Shown here piece by piece: positions 28,853-38,849 of a stretch of DNA of 64,000 nucleotides. This DNA comes from an uncultured Gemmatimonadales bacterium (GTDB lineage: Bacteria > Gemmatimonadota > Gemmatimonadetes > Gemmatimonadales > GWC2-71-9). Both the position numbers and the translations under genes were made by a program. The notes below the pieces were generated by a model, which saw only the letters and a program-made list of their open reading frames with translations, ran no database searches and had not been told where the DNA came from. Numbering within the stretch: position 1 is the stretch's first letter; each line of letters starts with the position of its first letter. The stretch spans positions 96,001 through 160,000 of the forward strand of contig CAWJMT010000036.1 in NCBI GenBank assembly GCA_963844035.1, in the 5' to 3' direction.

Positions 28853-29592
28853 GGGGAGCCCTTGGTCTTCTGGTCGCGCTCGACGAGCCCGTCCCGCAGC
28901 AGGATCTGGCGGTACGCATGGGCGGCGATGTCGGGCTCGTGGGTGACCACGATGATCGTCTGTCCCGCATCGTGCAGCTCCTTGAAGAGCCGCATGATGT
29001 CTTCGCCGGTGGCCGAATCGAGGTTACCGGTCGGCTCGTCGGCGAGCAGGATGGACGGCTCGTTCACGAGCGCCCGGGCAATTGCCACGCGCTGGCGTTG
29101 ACCCCCCGACAGTTCGTTGGGCCGGTGCTCCATGCGATCGCTCAGGCCCACATGCTGGAGCGCTCCGGCGGCGCGCTCGCGCCGCTCTTTGGCCGCGATC
29201 CCTGCGTAGATCAGGGGCAGCTCGACGTTGTGCAGGGCGTTGGCCCGGGGCAGCAGGTTGAACGTCTGGAAGACAAACCCGATCTCCTTGTTGCGGATGC
29301 GCGCGAGCTCGTCGTCCGAGAGGTCCGATACTTTCTGGCTGTTCAACCAGTACTCGCCGGCCGTGGGCGTATCGAGGCAGCCGATCAGGTTCATGAGCGT
29401 GGACTTGCCCGAGCCCGACGGACCCATGATCGCCACGAACTCGTTCTTGCGGATCTGGATGTCGACGCCGCGCAACGCGCGCACGACCTCGCCGCCGATG
29501 TCGTATTCGCGGGTGAGCTTGTGCGTGAGGATGACGACATCCGGGAGCGGCGTATCCCCGGTGCGGAACGCCGTCGATTGCGGGCTCGTCAC
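28849..29592 (-). CDS. ABC ATP-binding protein (MacB/LolD-like)
   Basis: [22 protein letters not shown] and [11 protein letters not shown]. Confidence 0.96.
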   Translation of the reverse strand: MTSPQSTAFRTGDTPLPDVVILTHKLTREYDIGGEVVRALRGVDIQIRKNEFVAIMGPSGSGKSTLMNLIGCLDTPTAGEYWLNSQKVSDLSDDELARIRNKEIGFVFQTFNLLPRANALHNVELPLIYAGIAAKERRERAAGALQHVGLSDRMEHRPNELSGGQRQRVAIARALVNEPSILLADEPTGNLDSATGEDIMRLFKELHDAGQTIIVVTHEPDIAAHAYRQILLRDGLVERDQKTKGSP

Positions 29593-30893
29593 AGCGGATG
29601 ACCGACCAGGGCCTCGAGCTGCGCCCGGGCGTTCTGGTAGTCGAAGCGGGCCTGCACCTGGGTCACCTGCGCCTCGGTCACATTCGCCTCGGCGGTGAGG
29701 AGGTCGAGCAGGGTGCCGGCGCCGAGCCGGTAGCGATCCTGCTGCACGCGGAGCGCCTCCCCGGCGGCGACGACGTTGGCGTCGGCGAAGCCGATCTGAG
29801 CAGCGGCCGTGAACAGTGCGGCGACCTGTTGGGTGAACAGGGCATTGAGCTGCCGGCGCAGGTCCGTGGCGTGGGCTTCGGCCACATCCCGCTGCACCGA
29901 CGCGGACACCTGACTGCCTTCACGGGAGAACCCGTTGAACAGCATCCAGCTTACCGAGAATCGCAATGCCCAGTTGTTGAGGTAGTTCGGGGAGCCCGAC
30001 CAAGGGGCTTCGAGACCCGAGTAACCATTGGAGTAAGATGCGGAGAACGTCGGCCAGTACTCCGCGCGCGCCACTCTCACCTGGGCCCGGGCCGCGCGAG
30101 CCTGCGCCTCCGCCTGCCGGATCTGGGGCGAGGAATCGAGCACCTGGGCGCGCAGCGTCGTGGTGTCGGGCAGGGGGGCGAGCGCCGAGTCCCGCACCGC
30201 GCGCACCGGTCCATCCACGCCGACCTGGCGGCCCAGGTTCGCCGTGGCGGTGGCCAGGTTTCCTTGGGCCTGGAGCAGGGTCAACTGGGCCGTGCCGAGG
30301 TCCACCGTCGCCGTCAGGGTGTCGGAGCGGAGGGTCGCGCCGACGGCGAACCGGTTGACCGATGTCTGCAGATTCTGTTTGGCGCGCTGCATCTGGGATT
30401 CGGCCACGCGCACGAGATCCTCGCTGGCGAGGGCCGTGAAGAAAACCTGCGCGGTCGCCGCGGTCACCTGATAGCGCTGGTTGACGAGCCCGGCTTCGGC
30501 GGCGTCGCGGGCGGCGTCGGCGGCGCTCCTGGTCCCGAGCCGCCGGAACCCGTCGAACAGGTCGAGGCTCAGCTGGAGCGTGCCAGCGTACGAGGTCTTG
30601 CTCAACGCGATGTTGGTCTCACCCGTCGAGGTGTTGTACCGCGAGGGGGAGGCGTAGTTGGAGGACCCGCCCACGGAAATCGTCGGCAAGAAGGCACCGG
30701 CGGCGGATCGCTGGTCCGCGCGGGCGTTGCGCTGATCCCCACGAGCCTGGATGATGGCGGGCTGCACCTCGAGCGCGCGCCGAATTGCGTCCGCCAGGGT
30801 CAACTCCACCTGCTGGGCCGCCGCGAGCGTGGGCAGCATCGCAAGGACCAGGGTGGCGCCGGTGAGGCGATGGCGTTCTTTAGGTGCCGCCAT
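29589..30893 (-). CDS. TolC-family outer membrane efflux protein
   Basis: Signal peptide, [11 protein letters not shown], two OEP repeats and [16 protein letters not shown]. Start MAAPKE at 30893. Confidence 0.92.
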   Translation of the reverse strand: MAAPKERHRLTGATLVLAMLPTLAAAQQVELTLADAIRRALEVQPAIIQARGDQRNARADQRSAAGAFLPTISVGGSSNYASPSRYNTSTGETNIALSKTSYAGTLQLSLDLFDGFRRLGTRSAADAARDAAEAGLVNQRYQVTAATAQVFFTALASEDLVRVAESQMQRAKQNLQTSVNRFAVGATLRSDTLTATVDLGTAQLTLLQAQGNLATATANLGRQVGVDGPVRAVRDSALAPLPDTTTLRAQVLDSSPQIRQAEAQARAARAQVRVARAEYWPTFSASYSNGYSGLEAPWSGSPNYLNNWALRFSVSWMLFNGFSREGSQVSASVQRDVAEAHATDLRRQLNALFTQQVAALFTAAAQIGFADANVVAAGEALRVQQDRYRLGAGTLLDLLTAEANVTEAQVTQVQARFDYQNARAQLEALVGHPL

Positions 30894-31390
30894 TGCGGAC
30901 CGAGTGGGCCGCACACCCGGACGCGTCGACCCGCGTCCCCCGGGGCGTATTCCTGGCACTTGTCGATCCAGTTCAGGAACCCGATCTTCGTCCCCGTCCC
31001 ACGATGCCTGACTGGCGCTGTCGGCGGCGTGACGCTGACGTGTCGTGCCACGCCATCAGCTCGCGGAAGCGCGACCCGCTGGGCCGGTGTCAGCTCTTCT
31101 TCGATCTCGACTTGCATGACTGCACGGAGGGAATCGATGCCGGGACGGGTCTGACGCCAGATGGAATCCATCTTCATGCGGCGGAGCTCGAGAATCGTCC
31201 GGATAGAGTCCTGCTGGTCCCCGGTGAGGCCGAGCTGGGTCGTCAGGTACGCGATGGTCGTGTTCGGATCACGGTCCTGCCGTGCGCGCCCGGCCGTCCA
31301 ACCCTTGAGCAACCAGCCGGCAGCTCCTCCCACGACGACTGCGCTCGTCAGGAACGCGGCGGCCAGCCAGTGTGATCGGCTGGGGAGCAT
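30880..31390 (-). CDS. Spy/CpxP-like periplasmic helical protein with a TSP3-like C-terminal motif (several indels)
   Basis: TM anchor, LGLTGDQQ and LTPAQR (LTxxQ motifs). The reconstructed tail is DGDEDRVLNWIDKCQNTPRGTRVDASGC. Confidence 0.65.
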
Positions 31391-31735
31391 CTACCGATGG
31401 CCCTCGGGCACGAGGAGGACGCTGGGGTGGGGCGGTGTGGCGGTCGCCACCAACGCGTGGGCTGAGGGACCAGCGACCGGCGCCACGAGGTCCAGGGGTG
31501 CTTGGTGCATCGCCCCGACCAGCAGCCCCGCGCCGAGCGCCGCCACACACGCGGCACCCGCGCTGCGTCGGGCCCAGTTGGCGAGGATGTCCCAATGGAC
31601 GGGATGTGGGGCTGCGACTGCAGCCATCACCCGTGCGACGAATGTCGAGTGATCCTCGGCGGACAACGCCTGACGGAGCGCGGTGCCGAGCACCGGATCC
31701 GGCCGATGATCGAACGGCATGGGCATCCCCTTCAT
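31391..31735 (-). CDS. Putative anti-sigma factor (small, single TM)
   Basis: Directly downstream of the ECF sigma gene (ATGA overlap). FVARVMAA motif followed by one TM helix. Confidence 0.65.
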   Translation of the reverse strand: MKGMPMPFDHRPDPVLGTALRQALSAEDHSTFVARVMAAVAAPHPVHWDILANWARRSAGAACVAALGAGLLVGAMHQAPLDLVAPVAGPSAHALVATATPPHPSVLLVPEGHR

Positions 31736-32334
31736 TCCTGCTCCCTCCAATCCGCGAGTAAAACGCGCAGGGCACGCCGCGCGTGAAAGACTTCGGACCG
31801 AACCGTGCCTTCGGGTAGGCCAAGGATTTCTCCAATTTCCGCGTGCGTGTAGCCTTCTACGTCGAACAGGACGACGGCCATCCGCCGCCGTTCGGGCAAC
31901 TCAGCCAGAGCCTGCCGCAGCCGCCAGCCCAGCGCCCGCCGATCCGCGTCCGCATCGGGAAGGGTGCCGCCGGACCGCATGTGGTTCTCGAGCGGCTCCG
32001 CCCGGCGTACGGCGCGCCGGCGCCGGCGGTCCGTCGCCGCATTGACCGCGATGCGCGCGAGCCACGGACCGAACGGGCGCGCGGGATCGAACTGTTTCAA
32101 CTTGACCATCGCGGCGAGGAACGCGTCCTGGGCCGCATCATCGGCGTCGTCGGGATCGTTCAGGACCGCGCGGGCCACCCGCCGTACCGACGGCGCGTAG
32201 CGATCCACCAGCACCCCAAACGCAATCCGGTCACCGGCCTGGGCGCGCGTCACGAGCGTGCCGTCGGCCTCCGCTGCTATACGCGCAGCCTCTGCTATAC
32301 GCGCAGCCTCAACCACAGGTTGAGGGTTAGCCAT
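31732..32334 (-). CDS. ECF RNA polymerase sigma factor
   Basis: GDRIAFGVLVDRY, DADDAAQDAFL, FGPWLARIAVN and LFDVEGYTHAEIGEILGLPEGTVRS. Confidence 0.95.
   Translation of the reverse strand: MANPQPVVEAARIAEAARIAAEADGTLVTRAQAGDRIAFGVLVDRYAPSVRRVARAVLNDPDDADDAAQDAFLAAMVKLKQFDPARPFGPWLARIAVNAATDRRRRRAVRRAEPLENHMRSGGTLPDADADRRALGWRLRQALAELPERRRMAVVLFDVEGYTHAEIGEILGLPEGTVRSEVFHARRALRVLLADWREQE
32274..32309. repeat. Perfect 18-bp tandem duplication in the 5' end of the sigma gene
   Basis: CTGCTATACGCGCAGCCT twice, encoding EAARIA twice. Confidence 0.9.
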
Positions 32335-33763
32335 CGTCCGGTTCCCGCAAGCGGTGCCGTTCCAGGACATAGGCCCCGGACACCAGGGCCAGAAGGAACG
32401 ACCCCACGGCCAGCGTGACGCTCATCACCCGGGGAAACGCCAGCAACAACCCGCCCAGTAGCATAAACGTGAGCGCCGCCGCTGTTCCAATGGCCCGTCG
32501 CAACCCGCCCGCCACGCGTCGCAGCGTCACCACGGCAACCGCCCCAAGCTCGTAGCGCGAACGCCGGTGACGCCGATCCGGCACGAGCGACGGCGTGGTC
32601 GCGGGAGCTCCCACCAGCCGTCCGCGGAAAAAACGCCGACCGGCCTGCAGCACGATCTCCCGGCAGAACGCGAGGTCGTTCACGAACTGGCGGGCCAGGT
32701 CTGCGGCGAGGTCCCCCGACTCGGCGATCAGATCCAACTCGTAGTTTCCGAGCAGGCTCGACACGTTGAGGTTGCTCGACCCGACGCGCGCCCAGTTCTG
32801 GTCAACCACGAACGTCTTCGCGTGCAACATCGGTCCCTGCCACTCGAAGATCCGAACGCCCGCATTCAGCAGATCCCGATAGCCGACACGGGTGAGGTTC
32901 CGGACCACGGCCAGGTCACTGGCGCCCGGGACCAGCAGCCGCACGTCCACGCCGTCGCGCGCGGCGTCGAGCAAGGCGGCGTAGAGGGGCGTGGGTGCAA
33001 TGAGGTACGCGTCAGTGATCCACAACCGCTGCTGCGCGCTCGCGGCCAGGAACTGGACCGCCCGATACATGCGGGCACGCCCAGTGGCGCCGGCAACGAT
33101 GCGCACCGCCACCGATCCCCGTTCGGCGGGGTTGGCCTCCAGCTCGTCGGGCGGCAGCGGCGCGCCAGCACGCTCCCAAATGCGACTGAACGCGATGTCC
33201 GCCGCGGCGGCGGCGGGTCCTGAAACCGTCACCATGCTGTCCCGCCAAGCGCCCCGTCCCTGCGCCGGGTCACCGGCCCACTCGTCGCCGATGCATAGGC
33301 CGCCCAGCATTGCGTGTGCCCCGTCCGCCACGACGAGCTTGCGATGGTCGCGGGCGATCGCGGCGAACACGCGATGCGAGAGGAGCGGGTGAAACGCGCG
33401 CACGTCCACCCCCGCGCTCGCGAGACCGCGCCAATAGCGCCGCGACGTTCCCAGCGACCCGAGGGCGTCGTACAACACGCGGACCCGGACGCCGGCGCGC
33501 GCACGCTCGGCCAGCGCGTCGGCGAAGCGACGCCCGGTGCTGTCGTCGCGAATGATGTAGTTCTCGAAGTGCACCCAGCGTTCTGCCCGGGCGATCAGCT
33601 CGAGCATCGCGTCCAGCGCCCGCGGGCTATCGGCGTGGTGCTCCACCTGATTGCCGCCGATCGGCCGCGCTCCCGTGGCGCGGTCGATTCCCAGCGCGAG
33701 CACGCCCCGGGCGGCGTGAACCGGCCGCGGGACCGGAGTGAACGAAAGAGCGGAGACCGTCAC
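32327..33763 (-). CDS. cls: Cardiolipin synthase / phospholipase D
   Basis: Two HKD motifs (DHRKLVVAD, LHAKTFVVD) and GSSNLN. GTG start in a GTGA overlap. Confidence 0.9.
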   Translation of the reverse strand: MTVSALSFTPVPRPVHAARGVLALGIDRATGARPIGGNQVEHHADSPRALDAMLELIARAERWVHFENYIIRDDSTGRRFADALAERARAGVRVRVLYDALGSLGTSRRYWRGLASAGVDVRAFHPLLSHRVFAAIARDHRKLVVADGAHAMLGGLCIGDEWAGDPAQGRGAWRDSMVTVSGPAAAAADIAFSRIWERAGAPLPPDELEANPAERGSVAVRIVAGATGRARMYRAVQFLAASAQQRLWITDAYLIAPTPLYAALLDAARDGVDVRLLVPGASDLAVVRNLTRVGYRDLLNAGVRIFEWQGPMLHAKTFVVDQNWARVGSSNLNVSSLLGNYELDLIAESGDLAADLARQFVNDLAFCREIVLQAGRRFFRGRLVGAPATTPSLVPDRRHRRSRYELGAVAVVTLRRVAGGLRRAIGTAAALTFMLLGGLLLAFPRVMSVTLAVGSFLLALVSGAYVLERHRLREPDDG

Positions 33764-34350
33764 GTCGCGGCCTGCGCCGGCCGTCCCAGGCCGAGCGAGT
33801 CCTCCACCGGCCGCAGCGACCCGATCACGAACGCGATGTGCTCGTCGAGCGGGACGTCGAGCTCGGCGGCTCCCTGGAGCACGTCGTCGCGGTTGACGCC
33901 GCGCGCGAAGGCCTTGTCCTTGAGCTTTTTCTTCACCGAGGCGACCTCCAGGTCCGCAACACTGCGCGATGGCCGCACCAACGCGCACGCCACGAGGAAC
34001 CCGCACAGCTCGTCCACCGCAAACAACGCCTTCGCGAGGAGGGAGTCACGGGGCACGCCCGTATAGCTCGCGTGGCCGAGGATCGCGCGGCACGACGCTT
34101 CGGACAGGCCCCGCTCGCGGAGCAGCCGCACGCCCCAACTCGGGTGCTCCTCGCTGGGAGAGCGCGCGGCATTGGGGTAGCGTTCGTAGTCGAAGTCGTG
34201 CAGCAACCCCACCAGCCCCCAGCCTTCCGGATCCTCACCGTACTTTAGCGCGTATGCGCGCAGCGCAGCTTCCACTGCCAGCATGTGCTGCCGCAGGCTC
34301 GGCGACTCGGTGTGCTCCTGCATGAGCCGCAGGGCGGCGTCACGGTCCAT
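33760..34350 (-). CDS. HDIG-domain metal-dependent phosphohydrolase
   Basis: SLRQHMLAVE, GLLHDFDYE, AVDELCGF and KKKLKDKAFARGVNRDD. Confidence 0.92.
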   Translation of the reverse strand: MDRDAALRLMQEHTESPSLRQHMLAVEAALRAYALKYGEDPEGWGLVGLLHDFDYERYPNAARSPSEEHPSWGVRLLRERGLSEASCRAILGHASYTGVPRDSLLAKALFAVDELCGFLVACALVRPSRSVADLEVASVKKKLKDKAFARGVNRDDVLQGAAELDVPLDEHIAFVIGSLRPVEDSLGLGRPAQAAT

Positions 34351-34353
34351 GGT

Positions 34354-36224
34354 CTACCCCAGAGGGCGGACCCTGGCTTGCGTTCACCCGGGGTGCCGTC
34401 CACGTCCACGTTCCAACGGTCGGCCCACAACTCTGCCATCAGGATCGGCCACAGTTTGCGGGCATGATTCGCGCCGCCGGCACGGTGTTCGGCCAACAGG
34501 CGTGGCACCTGATCGGCTCCGAAGCGGGGTTTCGCAAGCAGCCGATCCGCCAGGGGCGCGAGGCCGCCATTGAGCCAACTCGCCACTGGAACCGACAGAC
34601 CCCGTTTTTTCCGTTGGATGACGGCTTGGGGGATCAGGCCCCGCGCCGCATCCTTTAATATGCGTCTTGGACGTCAGGCCACGCACCTTCAGGCGCGACG
34701 GCCCTGGAAGGACAAGCTCCATGACCTCCCGGTCGAGGTACGGCGCCCGTGCTTCAATCGATGCCAGCATGGTCCCCCGATCGACCTTGACGAGCAGGTT
34801 GTCGGGCAGGTAGGTGAGGAAATCCAGCCACAGGATCCGGTTAAGAGGGTCGTCTTTCGGAAAACCCGTCAGTTTGCAGGCCAGTTCCGGCACCGTTCCT
34901 GGGCCGGGCCCGAGCGCGCCGAACCAGTGCAGATGCCGCTCCAGCGCCGGGAGCTCCGCGGCGGTCACGAACTGGCGCAGGAGAAACTCCAGCGTGACCC
35001 TGCCGGTCGATGCGGGGAGGCGACTCACGGCCCAGCGTGCGAACGCGCGCACCGGGGCCGGAAGGTGGAGGTAGAGGCCGGCGACCTGGTGACCAAGGTA
35101 GGTGGGATAGCCACCGAACAACTCATCCGCACCTTCCCCCGACAGCACCACTTTGACATGCTCGCGCGCCGCCTCGGCCAGGAGGAACGTCGGGAGGATG
35201 GCGGGATCTCCGACGGGCTCCGCCAGCGCCCCGCTCACACGTGTGCAGCGCCCGCTCGAGCGAGACGTCGTCCGCTACAACCTCGTGGTGCTGCGTGGGG
35301 ATGTCGCGCGTGACCGCGGCGGCATAGCCGCTCTCGTCGAAGCGCGGATCCTGGAACTTGACCGAGTAGGTGTGGATGCGCTCGCCCGCCATCACGCGCG
35401 CGGCGGCGGCGGCGAGCAGCGAAGAGTCGAGACCGCCGCTCGTGAACACGCCCACCGGAACGTCCGACATCAGCTCGCGCTCGACGGCCCGGAGCAGGAC
35501 CTCGCGCACCTGATGGGGTGACTCGAGCCGCGAGGGTCGCGCGGCGACGGCGGCGGGGTCCCAATACGCGCGGATCGCGACTCCCGATTCGTCGGCGACG
35601 AGGATGTGGGCGGGCGGGAGCTTATGGATATTCTGCGAACATCGTGTGCGGCGCCGGGACGTACCCGAGCGCGGTGTACAGCGCCGCGGCTCGCGGGTTG
35701 AGGCGCCGCGCCTGATCGGGAAAGACGAGTAAGGCCTGAATCTCCGACGCGAAGCGGAACTCGCCGTCGAACTCGGTCCAGAAGAGCGGCTTCTCGCCTG
35801 CGCGATCGCGCGCCAGGATCAGCGTGCGGCGGCGGTCATCCCAGATCGCGAGGCCGAACATGCCGTCGAGCCGCTCGACCGCGGCGGGGCCGAAGCGCTC
35901 GTAGAACGGAACGATGTTCTCGATGTCGCCGCGGGAGCGAAATGGATATCCCCAACCGGTCGCTTCGCGCCGCAGCGCCGGTGCGTTGTAGATCTCCCCG
36001 TTGCACACCATCCAGACCGAGCCGTCGGGGCTCTGGAACGGCTGATCACCGGTTGTGAGGTCCATGATCGCGAGCCGGCGCGCGCCGATCCGCGCCCGCT
36101 CGTGCCCGACGATCCGTTCGCCGTCGGGGCCACGATGGACCAACGTGGCGGCCATGTCCGGGAGGCAGGCGGCGTGGCGCAACGGCCGTCCCCGAACCGA
36201 CACCGCGCCGAAGATGCCGCACAT
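34354..36224 (-). CDS. asnB: Asparagine synthase (glutamine-hydrolysing) family amidotransferase, several frameshifts
   Basis: MCGIFG, HRGPD, RLAIMD, NGEIYN, SGGLDSS, LSGEGADELFGGY and KVDR...EARAPYLD. The 3' end is approximate. Confidence 0.9.
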
Positions 36225-36227
36225 CCC

Positions 36228-37872
36228 TCACCCCCTCACGCGGTGACGTTGGCACGGCCCATAGGCCGCGAAGCGGCCGTCCTCCGCCAGCAGCGGCAGG
36301 GTGGCGAGTGCGGATCGCACGGTGCGGTTGCCCGCGCGTGTCACGAAAACGGTCGGCACGGGACAGACCTCGAGCACCTCGCGCCAGGAATCCTGGGGCC
36401 GCAACGGGGAATTGGGGACGGTGCGCAGTTGCTCGTGATAGCGCGCGATGTAGTTGCTGGTCAGTTCTTCGGCGCGCCCGGTCGCGACGGGAATCGTGCG
36501 TCCCAGATAGAACGGTAACGAGGGTGGGTACGCCGCGATGCCAAGCACTTCACCGCTGTCTCCCATCGCCGAACCGATCGCGGCGCTCAGCGTCGCGGCG
36601 GAGCGGTCCTCCCCAACGGCGGCCATCAACGGCGCCGAGGCGAACGGAATCGCCATGACGACTATGGCGTATGCGGCGGCGGCGAGTCCGGTCGAGCGGC
36701 GCGCGGCCGCGAACGCCTGGCACACCGCCGACAGGAGCAGCACGATGCCGAGCGCCAGCGCCAATTGCGGGATGGCGGCTCGCTCCAGGGCGGTGAGGGG
36801 CAACGTGCGCACGGTGATGCCCGGCAGTACCACAAAGAAAATGCCCAGCGCCGTGGCGAGCGCGGTGTGGACACGCCACCCGGCGCGCGGCCCCGCCGCA
36901 GTCAGCGTTCGTGCGGCGGCGAGGGCGAAGGCCGGCATCAAGGGCAGCATGTACTGCGGCAACTTGGACTGATTGAGCGTGAACATCGCCAGGGGCCCGA
37001 GCACCCAGGCGATGAGCCAGAGTGACTCGGCGTTGGCTGGATCGCGCCGCGCGGCCCAGGTCCGGCGCCAGGCACGCAATCCGGGCACACGCGGGCACGA
37101 TCCACGGGAACGGGGCGACACCGAGGATCGGGATGTAGTACCAGAACGGCGCGGTGCGGTGAAAGCGCGGGGTGGTGAAGCGTTCGAACGTTTCCTGCAC
37201 GAAGGCGTAGTGGGGGAATTCGGGCACACGCGCGGAGACCGCGATGAACCACGGCAGCCCCACGAGACAGAAGGCGCCCAGTGCGCGCAGCGAGACCACG
37301 CGCCGGAGCGGTTGGCCGGTCGCGAGCAGATAGGGAACGATCCCTGCGAGCGCGATCCCGATCGCGACCGGTCCCTTGGTGAGGGCGCCGATGGCGATGG
37401 CGATCCACGCGAGCGTGGTGCGCTCGAGAAACAGGCAGAGCATCGCGGCGGTGGTGCACAGGGTAAGCGTGCTATCGAAGATCGTGGTGTGGGCATAGGC
37501 GAGCGTGAGCGGCATGGTCGCGAACGCGATCCCGGCGAGCCATCCGGCGTCCGGCCCCCAGCGGCGCCGCCCGAACCACACCAGCAGCGCGATGGTCGCC
37601 AGGGTGGCGAGGTACGCGGGGAGCCGGGCCGCTGCTTCCGTCGGGCCAAGCCACTCCATGGCCAGAGCGGCGGCAGCGAAGTAGATGATCGGCTTGTCGA
37701 GGTAGGGAAGCCCGTCGAGATGGGGCACCAGGTAATCGTTCGATGCCGCCATTTCTCGCGCCACCTCGGCGTTGCGGCCCTCGTCGGGATCGAGGAGGCG
37801 GTAGCCGCTCATGTTCCAGCCAAGCGTCAGCGCCGCCGCGATGAGCAACAGCGGCAGCCCCCGCACGGTCAC
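36228..37872 (-). CDS. GT39/ArnT-like lipid-carrier-dependent glycosyltransferase (frameshift ~37080)
   Basis: DPDEGRNAEVAREM, YLDKP, LTKGPV and SKLPQYMLP, with many TM helices. Confidence 0.9.
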
Positions 37873-38301
37873 CTAATGAACCGCTTGCCCGCCCGATCCG
37901 GGAGCGGGCGGCGGGAGCTGTGAAACCGTCACCGGCACCGCGGCCTTCTGCTCGCCGTCGATCGTGATTTCGAAGCGGTACACTCCGGGGTGCGGGAAGG
38001 GGACATCGAACACGAGGATCGCTCCCGCCTCGATCTCGGTGATCCCAGCAGGGGGCTCGGCAAACAGGACGCTGCCCGACCCGCCGAGGCTCTCGTTGCC
38101 GCCCTCGTCGACCAGCCGGATCTGAACGCCGTGCTCGCCGACCTCGGTGCGCTTGCCCTTGAGCCGCAGCACCAGGTGGAGGCGGGGGTGCATCGCGGGG
38201 AACTGCTGGACCCAGATGTGCTGGAAGATGCCGAGCACGGACAGCTTGCCGCTCTGATCCACGAGCGCGTAGTCGGCCACCACCGCGAAATCAACGTGCA
38301 C
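37873..38301 (-). CDS. Conserved hypothetical beta-sandwich protein (DUF6941-like)
   Basis: ADYALVDQSGKLSVLGIF...FPHPGVYRFEITIDG. Confidence 0.75.
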   Translation of the reverse strand: MHVDFAVVADYALVDQSGKLSVLGIFQHIWVQQFPAMHPRLHLVLRLKGKRTEVGEHGVQIRLVDEGGNESLGGSGSVLFAEPPAGITEIEAGAILVFDVPFPHPGVYRFEITIDGEQKAAVPVTVSQLPPPAPGSGGQAVH

Positions 38302-38320
38302 TATCGCGCCCGATCGACCC

Positions 38321-38771
38321 TCAAGTCACCTTGATCGACGTGATTTCGTCATTCTGCGCGATCGCGTTGACGACGTCCATTCCCTTGGTGACCTGTCCGA
38401 ATACCGTATGGACGCCGTCCAGGTGCTTCTGGGGCGAGTGGCAAATGAAGAACTGGCTGCCGCCCGAGTCCCTGCCCGCATGCGCCATCGACAGCGTGCC
38501 CGCGACGTGCTTGTGGGTATTCTTCTGCGTCTCGCAGCGGATGGTGTACCCCGGCCCGCCGGTCCCGACGGGACCCTTGCCGGTCTTCGAGTAGGGGTCG
38601 CCGCCCTGGATCATGAAGTTCGGGATGACCCGATGGAACTTGGTGCCGTCGTAGAACTGGGCATTGGCGAGCTTCTCGAAGTTCGCGACGGTGCTCGGCA
38701 CCTCATCCGCGAACAACTCCAACTTCAATCTTGCCCTTGGACGTTTCGATCACGGCCTTCTTGTTCGGCAT
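38321..38771 (-). CDS. Cyclophilin-type peptidyl-prolyl isomerase (frameshift ~38728)
   Basis: [33 protein letters not shown] and LDGVHTVFG. The N-terminus [13 protein letters not shown] is in another frame. Confidence 0.93.
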
Positions 38772-38849
38772 TCGGCATCTCCTCTGAAGAGGCGCGGTGC
38801 GTCTCGAAGCATCAATGTAGCGGGCGGATAGCGGCTCGCGGCAGCGCCG

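Noticed and set aside
34354..36224. AsnB-like gene as a lasso-peptide cyclase
   Set aside because: It has an intact N-terminal Cys glutaminase domain, and no B1/B2 proteins or precursor peptide are nearby.
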